Assembly: GCA_030141605.1 (NCBI GenBank)
Contig: JAQGDQ010000097.1
Coordinates: forward strand, 578,400 to 642,399
Length of the DNA stretch: 64,000 nt
Source: Tubiluchus corallicola
Taxonomy: Eukaryota > Animalia > Priapulida
Direction of reading: 5' to 3'
The position numbers were made by a program, and so were the translations under genes. A model generated the notes under the pieces. The model saw only the letters and a program-made list of their open reading frames with translations. It was not told where the DNA came from and did not search any database. Positions within the stretch are counted from its first letter, which is position 1; each line of letters begins with the position of its first letter. Positions 54,341 through 64,000 of this stretch are shown one piece after another.

Positions 54341-55384
54341 CTAATTAAATAAATTAACTACCGGGTTATATAAACAAGTACTAATACAAATTTACGTTAC
54401 TGAGTTGCTTCGCATTGTGTAGAGATTTTACAGGCGTCAAGTTTCCAAAATACATACACACAAAATTGACAACGGCAAACATCAAGAGTGGCAGAATATT
54501 TAGGACATTTAAGCCGATTTGTGCTACTAATTGCCTACTGAAAACCTTTTTTTGTATTTTAAAAGAAACAGCTGCAAAGTGTTTTACGTTGTCAACCATC
54601 AATCCCTCATGAGAAAAGTTGTCTTGTTCTCACGTTAGTACGTAAAATACACCAATCTTCATTCATCATACACAAAACTTCCATTAATAAAACTGCAAAA
54701 ACTAACTTGTGTCATGTGTCAATCAAATTCTGACAATAATAGGAAGATACACGTCAGTCCATTGGCTTGCTTGTACAGATCCTTGTTTGCGCATCTATTA
54801 GAACTGATCCATAGAGTCTCAGTTCTTGCTGGAGAAAGATTAGGATATTTTGCAAAACAGCTATTCCTTAAGAAAGTGTCACCAAGTTTCAGCTTGCTTC
54901 ATTAACATGTAGCTTTGTAAGGCGCCTTAGAATCATTTCAGTTGGAGTCATAAATTTGTTTTGAAGTTTTCTATTTTCCGACTTTTAAATGTGAATGTGT
55001 TTTCTTGTTCAAGAAAGTTGTAATACTTTGCTCTTAATTCTAAATGTTTAGCCTAGTGATTAGATTCTTTGATTGACACGAAGTACCACTATACCAGGCT
55101 TTTCACCTAAATGTAAATACTAGTTCTGTAAGTGCTAAATCTTTTACTAATTTTGGTTATACTGAATCGTAGACAAGAACAAAATTGCTTTAAAAGATTT
55201 TTATGTAAACTGATAGATGAAGTTTTGTTGCTTTCCAAACTGGTTACAAGTTACTAATATGGCTGTTGTTATGTGCAGGTATGTTTTTCTTGCATTTTTA
55301 TTAATTTTTTCTTTATTACACTAATTATTTAAAACTGTCAAACAGTTTTGGTATAGTTAAGTGGATGTGCAGAGAGCTTTTATA

Positions 55385-56952
55385 AAATTATAGACATGAT
55401 TGGTTTAAATAAATCTAGTTAGTTAGTTAGTAATAAATAATCTTTACAAAGAACTTTCGTCGTAATTATTTGCGATCAGCATCCAGAAATCTGTCTGTCA
55501 TTCTAGAAGAGGCGTTCTAAAATCCAACATCTTCAAGGAAAAGCGATTGGAATACAGACGTATTTTGTTGCCGTTGCTTTGTTCTCTTTTGCTGAAGTTT
55601 TACTAAAAATAACAAATGCTTGAAGTAATATAATACTGAGCATCGCCTGCCGCTCGTTTACAACGGCGGTGCTGTAAGAAATTATGCACCTGATAGTATG
55701 AGATAACTTTGAAGCTTTTTGGGCTAAAATTGTTGTTCAAACTGAGCAACGATGCGCAGTGCAGTTTAGTATCTCTTTATTTCTCTTTTGAAGTTTCGAA
55801 TTCTTTCCTGGACGTTGGTCACATCTGCAAAATTTAAATTGATCATTTAATCAAACTTCTGCTGAGCGAAGACACTTGGCAAAAAGACACTTCTGTTGCT
55901 TCTGTTAAGCTTGTCTGCTTTCGGAGTAGATATTTCCTGAAAATATGCATAAATAAAGATGTAGAATTATAGATATACTATCGTCGTCGTCGTCGTCGTC
56001 GTCGTCACCATCATCATCATCGTTGTCGTCGTCGTCGTTATAGTCGCCATCCTAATCATCATCCTAATCATCATCGTCGTCATCGTGACCATCGTCATTG
56101 TCGTCATCGTGACCATCATCATTGTCATCATTATCATCGTCAGCTTGACTTACTACATGTTTACTTTTTGCAGGACAAACTGATAAATTTAAAATTGGAC
56201 AAAATACGAGCCAATTTGATTTCATCGATCCGTTTGTGAGGTAGTTCAACAATGATTCATGAGTGTTTACAAAATCAAAAACAGACGTGCATACATTAAA
56301 CTAAACACATTAAGTTAAATATTGTTATAACGTCAACTTACGTGTACTTCTTTTTACTCCTAGTAGTAAATGAAATAGAAGTGAATTAATTCATGACTGA
56401 ATGAATGAATGAATGAATGAATGAATGAATGAATGAATGAATGAATGAATGAATGAATGAATGAATGAATGGATGAATGAATGAATGAATGAATGAATGA
56501 ATGAATGAATGAGTAAATGCATGAATGAATGAATGTATGAATGAATGAATGAATGAATGAATGAATGAATGGATGGATGGATGAATGGATGAATGAATGA
56601 ATGAGTGAATGCATGAATGAATGAATGAATGAATGAATGAATGAATGAATGAATGAATGAATGAGTGAGTGAGTGAGTGAGTGAGTGAGTGAGTGAGTGA
56701 GTTAGTGAGTGAGTGAGTGAGTGAGTGAGTGAGTGAGTGAGTGAGTGAGTGAATGAGTGAATGAGTGAATGAGTGACTGAGTGAAAGAATGACTAAATGA
56801 ATAGAAACAGTCTTCAAATCTGGGAATCAGTGCACCAGAATTAGAATTTATTTTTCACCTGTTAGTAAAAAATATTAGTACAATGTCACAAAAATTGAAG
56901 CAAAATATAACATCTTTTATTATATTAATTGCTGTGGTATGGACTTAACATA

Positions 56953-56996
<44 letters not shown>

Positions 56997-59900
56997 TATA
57001 CAAATATAATTATATACATGATTAGAGGCTACAGCTCCAACGACAGCACAATTCTCGGCGATCTATATATCGAACAAAAGGTCTCGATCTAGTGTCTTCT
57101 ATTTGTTGGTTTACTTTTTGAATTGGGCCCACCGGGAGGAACGGGAGGGGGGCGAAAAACCTCCAAAAATCGCCGTTTTTGCCCGTTTTTGCAAAATTTA
57201 TAACTCTTATTTCTAGAGATCAGAAATAGGCCGGGAAGATGCTGGTAATGAATGGATAGCCCGTTCGACGTTGGGTGTCGTAGGCATATTTAGAATTCGC
57301 GGTAGAGCCAATTCCTGTAACGGACGTTTTCTCTGACCCATGCACCCAAATTTTGTGAAAAGCTACACAAACTGCCTTCAGATTTGTGCAACTGTTTAGG
57401 CACGTTGAGAAAAACAAGCACACTCGCAGAAAGAGAAGGAAACGATGAAGAAAGGAGATGAAGAAAGAAGATGAGGAAAGGAGATGTGAAGGTATCGATG
57501 AGAGAGAGGTCCACTCAACTAAACGGGAAGGTCGTATTTCAAAGTTCTTTTTCAAACCCAAAGTACTGCGCGCTATTTGGAACATCATTTGTCTCTGTAA
57601 GAAATTTCGCGGCTGTTCCAGATACTGTCCTCAATCCCATTCAAATGCGTTATAAAATGTACATGTAACTTATATCTGTTAGCGTATTGTCATCATAGAA
57701 GCAGTAAGCAAAACCTGGTAGAATGTCCGTGCTTTATTGATCATTGGGGAATAGCATTTGACATATCACACAGTTTCAACTTCGTGCAAAACGTTTTACA
57801 TGGTTTTGCTATGCTGCTGTGATGTTGGTGTAGGTGTTTTAAGTGTTGTCATCGTTGGCGTAATCATCATCATCATCATCATCATCACTATGTGATGTAG
57901 TGAGTTTGGTTTGGTGTGGTATGGTATGGTGTAGTGAGTGTGCTGTGGATGGTGTGATTGGTGTGGTTTGGTGGGTGTGGCATGACGTGAGTGGTGTGAT
58001 GTGATTGGCATGGTGTGGATGGTGCGGCGTAATGTGGGTAGCGTGGTGTGATATAGAGTGGTGTGGTGTGGGTGGTGTTGGTGTAGTGTGGTAGGTATGG
58101 GTGAGGTGTGTTATGGGTGATATTTTTTTTGGTGTTGTGTTGTGGCATGTGGATTACATATTGTGGGGTGGTACGGGTGGTGTGGTGTGAGTGGTGTGGT
58201 GTGGGTGGTGTGGGTTATTGTTGTGAGTTTGTGTGCAAAATTCTTTTTGCTGTGTTTGGCTGTAAAAATATTAAATTTCGTTACTATGTCTAGGTGAAGG
58301 GATGACGAATGAACGTAAGTTATAGAGTCATACCCATCACTAGTGAAATGCAATTATCGCTGTTAAGTTGATTCGAAACTATCTTCCTTATCACTGGCCT
58401 TTATTTTTTATTGCGCACCACCGACCACCGTTGACACATATCCAGGTCTACTCGCAGCTGACGAATGACCCACGCATACAAATAGCTCTTTACATCACGT
58501 TAGGTAACATCCTGTATATCGCTCTTGCTGCGACTTCCTTCATTCGGTAATTAAAGCCCAGTTGGGTCTCTAATAAATAAAATAAACGCAATAAGTCAAG
58601 CAACTAAAACAACAAGGTCGTTGCAACAGAACAACAAACATGGCAGCGGCTTCGGAAGTCATGCGCGCGTTGGGCTGCTAAGTTCTACAAAGCTGTTCAC
58701 GCTTAATTGATGAAACGTAAAAAATAAGGCTGCATTAGAACAACTGGATCAAATATTGCACGTAAATCGATTATAAAACATTATATAGACCTGAATAAAG
58801 CGAGTTTTTATATACAGAAGCCATCCCTACAGCTGTGAGTGTCTGTCAGCACACTCATACTAACTATAGATTGGTATGGCAGGACCAGAATATGTGTCAT
58901 TATCCAGGATAATACTCTATAGTCCATCTCAGAACTTTGTCAGCTACGTTCAGATGTGCATTCATCCTCTCTCAATGAGCTAAATATATGCAGGCACAGA
59001 AGCAGATAAAATTGGCAGAACGAGTATTTTATCTAGTCAACCATCGAATTATTCACTACCTAGGTTTAGCGTTGCTTTACTTCGACCACAAGGCCCCCAA
59101 CGTAACCACTCGCCTTTTCTCTTACCCCTAAAGGAAAGAACTATGGTGTCCTTGTTTCTTTTTTTTTGTATGTGGTCGTTTTTCATCAAAGTTGTTAAAA
59201 TGTGGACGCGCTGTTAGCTACCATCGTTATGTAAACATGCACGAGCGCGGTTGTTTTGTTTGGCTCAGCGAACTGAAATTCTAATTATTTAACACAAACA
59301 TAATTATATCACAAACTCGTCAAACGCACGTTTACTTTGTATCTTATCAATTCGAAACAGATGACCAAAAAACAGTGGAGCGATTCTGCGTCTCCTTCAT
59401 GAGCCATCACGACATTCGAAGCCAGTTGATAATGTTAGAAAAAAGCTAATGTAGAAAAAACAAGAAAAGCTGTTAAAAACAACTGAAAAAGAAAGACGGC
59501 TTTAAAAGCTTTAAAAGAAACCATTAGTAAAAAGCTATTGAAAACAAACTCCGCTAAAAGCACCTACTAAGAAGAAGCCACTAAAATATACCAACTAAAA
59601 GTTATCAAGAAGAACTACTAAAAAATCCTAAAATAAGGAGTTTACCTGTAGTTGACAATGAAGTTTTCTGCATGACGAAAGAAATGTCCGTGCTGATTTG
59701 AAAAAAGTCACGAAATTTGCCATACTCTCTATAATATTCAAAACGTGCGAGAAAATTTACACGGCAAGTTCTCTTCACCAAACTTTGAGCGAAACCTTGT
59801 AAAAGAACGATCGCATCTTATCGTATGCCGATTTTTTAATATCGTATACCGATCTATCCATATATACACAAACAACAAGGACAACTGGCCAAGGAAAATT

Positions 59901-62900
59901 TTAAATGCGTGAAGAGTTTCTTCGCCATAACAAACATAAACTTTCCACATTATAAACGTTCGTTTACTAACGTTTAAACATTATAAATTCAAAAAGTTTA
60001 AGACATGATGACAATATACTGTGTGTAATAATAATAATGATGATGAAAATGAGGCCAAATGAGTGACAAGCTATTTTAAACACTAATCATTAAACTCTTC
60101 ATTTAAATTGCTAAAATAACTAACAAAAACGGTTTTAGAATTTATATTTTGTTTTATCGATAATTTTTTGTTTATCTGTAGTGTCGCCATATTTCAAAAT
60201 TGAATACCTTGTTTTTTGAATTGTATGCATTTTGGCACTAATAAAATGGTAAATTATCATTAGCTGAAAGAATGAATTGACCAAAAAAACCAACAAAAAC
60301 AGAAACTTTTGCTGTTACTTCCTTTTTTATTGAAATTAGGAGTAGAGGAAATATTCGCATTCTTTCTCTGATTTTCAATTAATTGTCTTCCGCCATCATA
60401 ATTATAATGTTGCAAAGTAAGGCGAGACGGTTAATCAGTGGTTTCTTGTCATTGATAGATGGTGTTTTCAACAAAGTCTGCAGGAAGCAAGTTTGGTGAT
60501 ATGAACTTGTAAGAAATGTTAATACATTACATTGTTACTATCATTGTTAAAGACTACGTTTTATCTGCACAGTTTATCAATTTATCTACAAGGAAGCGTA
60601 AAATTTTGTTAAGAAATTTATACTGTGAAAAAGTAGTTTACACAGTTGCATAATGCAATATCTGACGATAAATTGTCATTACGAAAGTGTCGTAGTGTCA
60701 TCTTTCCAGATTTTTTTCACCTGCTCAGCTTCAGTTGATATTAAAACAACTATAACTGACATAAGTAATTATACCTCTCCATGAGACTGTCTCTACTTCA
60801 CACAAAAAGTTTTCTATGATTTTTTACAAACATTTTCAGCTAAATATACAGACTAATTAAAACGAACTATTAAATATAAGACCAAAAAAAGAAGAATACT
60901 TCACAAAAGATGAGCCACTGAAGAAAAAATGCTAAAACTAAAGCAAATCTTTGGAAGAGACTTTGGAAAGAAAACTAGCCGAGATTCAAAGGAATGGCAA
61001 AAACTAATGAAGAAAACGACTGGAAAAAACTGGAAGCCTTTGAAAAAGACAAATTGAAAAACCATTCGAGGCGAAACCAGAGAAAAAAGCTTCTCAAAAA
61101 TAGACGTTGAAAACGAGACGCTTGTAGAACAAACGCGATTAGAAAAAAGAAAAGGTGTTGAATTATTAAAAACTATTAAGTTAATGAAGCATCAGCACAT
61201 TTCGCCTTCTAAAGTAAATATACAGTCTGCAAATCTATTTTTATTACTTTATATTACTTTTTATTTTACTTTAAATTTAATTGCAAAACATCTGCGTACA
61301 GAATAAGAATATACATTCTTAACAAATGCTGTAAAAATAATGATCTTGATATTTTGAGCATGTAACTGAATTACGTTAGTAGTGTAATCACATCTTTGAG
61401 AGAGCTTATATAGCGAATTACATGCCGTCGTATCAAAATCTAGTTAATTCTCCAGTTCTAACAGCATTATGACAGCATAGTTTTTAGAATGACAGGACTT
61501 AGAAACTGTTTGGCATTATGACCAAATCAGCATTTTAATTAACCTGCAATCAACTTAAAAAATGTAATTAATTGGTGTCTCATTCAGGTGAATTAATGGC
61601 TTATACCTCGAGGCCATTAATGAATTTGGTCTTCTTCAGGGTAGGCCTAATTGTACTTGCACACTATGAACAAAAGCGCCAGAAGTTGGCAGTTGTTGGT
61701 TTGGCGGCACAATTTTTAATCAGGCTCTTATTATTTTTTCATGTATTTTGTTTTTCTTTCTGTAATTACTGCTAATATAGCGCGCGTTAACAGACGGCAT
61801 ATTTCGGCTATAATTGTGTTATGTCTCGATGACACATAACGCCAGGAATATGAACTGTGAGAAATAGGAGGGAAAGCTATTCTCGCCATATGTTGGTGGG
61901 ACGGATGACCTTTGACCCACAACCCACAGCCCCAGCCAAATCTACATTTACTCTTGGCCTGGCTCCAATTATAACCCGGGCTGTTTTCCCTCTATAAGAT
62001 GTTTATTTTATTACCATTTGTGCAGAAATAAAGTCAGCTCCAATCGCTCAGCTAGTGTCACATCTTTACTTAGAAGAGCAGAACTCCGTCTATCAGTGTC
62101 AAAACCATCAGCAGATATGGTTTATTTGCGTTTCTGATCAGGTTTGTATTTTCACTGTGAGTCAACAGTTATCATTGAGCGCTAATATACTTAGCTCCTT
62201 AAGTGAGGGTAAACTTAGTCGGCTTCTTTTGTTTTAGAAAAAAATTCCCAAATCTACCAATTTTTTTCAGAATGGAAAAATATATACGTTTATTGTGAAC
62301 AGAGGCCTGTTACTAGTAACACGAACGTACAGTTCACATTCTGACAACAGACTATTTGTGCCTACATTTAAGTGAGATCTTTTTATTTAATTTAAGGCTT
62401 CTTCAAACCTGAACATACAGAAACACATTGTTTTCTCTATTCGCAAAAAATCAAAGTCTTAAACTTAGTCATTATAAACATGCCCAAAAAGTGATAGAGA
62501 AAAATGTTTTTTATAATGGCGTGTTTAGTGCTTTCAAGTATGAATAAATAAAAAAGGGTTCCGAAAACCCAGACAGTAGCATATTTAAAGGACACCAACG
62601 GCGAAGACATCTTCATGTTAATTTTTAATTTCTTCATACTCTTTCTTTCGAAAGACTTCTCATTTCTTTTTTCTCATTTCTAAAGATCTCAATAAAGTTG
62701 AGTTTGCACAATCAACAGTAACGATTCCGATAACAAATTTGATTTTTCCGGAAAAGATGACACAATCTTAAGCTAAGAAAACGTTTCTTCAGTGATGTGG
62801 AACTCCTTGCTGGGCGGGCATTAAATTTTGGGATAATCTTTCAATTAAAGTTTATCGAACAAAAATCAAAATATAAAGCAAAACATGGCATCGCTTATCG

Positions 62901-64000
62901 TTTTTAAAAACTGCAGCAAAATCCTGAGACAGTGTCCAAAACAAATATACTAAAAATTAACACAGTACACATCCATTAATTAGCATGTATAATTATTATG
63001 TGTGAGTGTAATTTTTTGTTATATAGGCCTTCTGACTTGGAATAAACAATTACATTCCTTGGCAGTATTCTGCAACAGAGTTTTGAACTGGATTCAACAA
63101 TTTTAAAAATTGTATTCAAAATCAATTACTAGCTAAAGCTACAAGCATGTGTGAACTGCGGAATAAATTTAAATTTGTTTTCACTAATTAATCGCTTGCT
63201 GGCTTTTTCATTCATTATAAATATAAATTCTAAAAAAGAGTAATTTTTACGGTTGTTACCTAAGATTAATTTAATTTCATCTTAGATAAATTTTGTCATT
63301 AAGTTTTTTATGCAACTGTTTATTGATAAAAAATTAATTGATTTCATAACATTTAATAAACCACGCCATTTAAGCAATGAATAACGCTGATGTTAAAAAT
63401 GCCTCGAAAACTCTAAAATGCGCTGAAACAAGCAAAAATACAATTTTAAATACGGCTTTCTTTTCAAATAGCTTTACATATGCACCGGATATATAAGCAA
63501 GTAGCAAAATAATTATCTTTACATGCTGATTTTAAGTTACTAACTTATTTTGTTTAACTTTTGCGTTATAATATGTGATAAATATTATGTAATGTTAAGT
63601 GTCGATTGCTGTACTATTTAGAGGAGGACTCGATAGAATATTGCTCCTTCCTTTTCCTCTCAGTGACAGTACCACTCATAATGTGACAATGTTTGTGACT
63701 AAATTTATATGTGTATATTATTCACTGTGAAATAAAAAATTCAAATTCTATAAAATAAAAATGACTGAAGTTATGGCATAATAATTGTATACTACAATTT
63801 TCTCCAACTCACTACCCCCAATGGGAATAAATGTTAAAAATAAACAGAACTGGTTTATACAACACTTTGGCCTTCACAGTCATAATCTAACTAATTAATG
63901 ATATTTTCTATTTATTTTTGAGTTTTTAACAATGATCATACATAATTATTGTTCACATAGACTAATTCTACAATTATTAAGATATTTTCCTTGTTTAATA
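55385..64000 (-). repeat. Right arm of giant inverted duplication (truncated by window edge)
   Basis: Reverse complement of 45083..53674 with a few SNPs, small indels and microsatellite-length differences. Confidence 0.98.
56393..56780. repeat. (ATGA)n/(GTGA)n microsatellite, mirror of 52283..52673
   Basis: Directly visible; internal variant units differ from the left copy. Confidence 0.95.

Noticed and set aside
45083-64000. Giant inverted repeat as TIRs of an autonomous transposon (Polinton/Maverick or foldback)
   Set aside because: The spacer is only ~1.7 kb and non-coding, and the arms are ordinary genomic sequence with microsatellites. No transposase, integrase or polymerase ORF is present.

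Overview
AT-rich animal (invertebrate-type) genomic DNA. I can support only one protein-coding gene, an intronless FoxC forkhead transcription factor at 8768..10258 (+). About 54 kb follows with no credible protein-coding ORF; it is full of microsatellites, decayed transposon relics and GC-richer islands that may be enhancers. The most striking structure is the number of inversions at several scales. (i) A giant near-perfect palindrome has arms at 45083..53674 and 55385..>=64000 with a ~1.7 kb spacer, and runs off the window. Its inner breakpoint sits on the end of an older ~200-bp foldback. (ii) A ~0.9 kb direct-inverted-direct triplication at 38002..38890 has both junctions on short inverted repeats, a template-switch signature. 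(iii) Several small foldbacks occur, one of which (18592..18843) carries outward-facing minimal hammerhead-ribozyme-like motifs of the Penelope type. The large structures could be real rearrangements or assembly artefacts, and the sequence alone cannot decide. All other ORFs in the track are judged spurious. Alignments were done by eye and no database searches were run.
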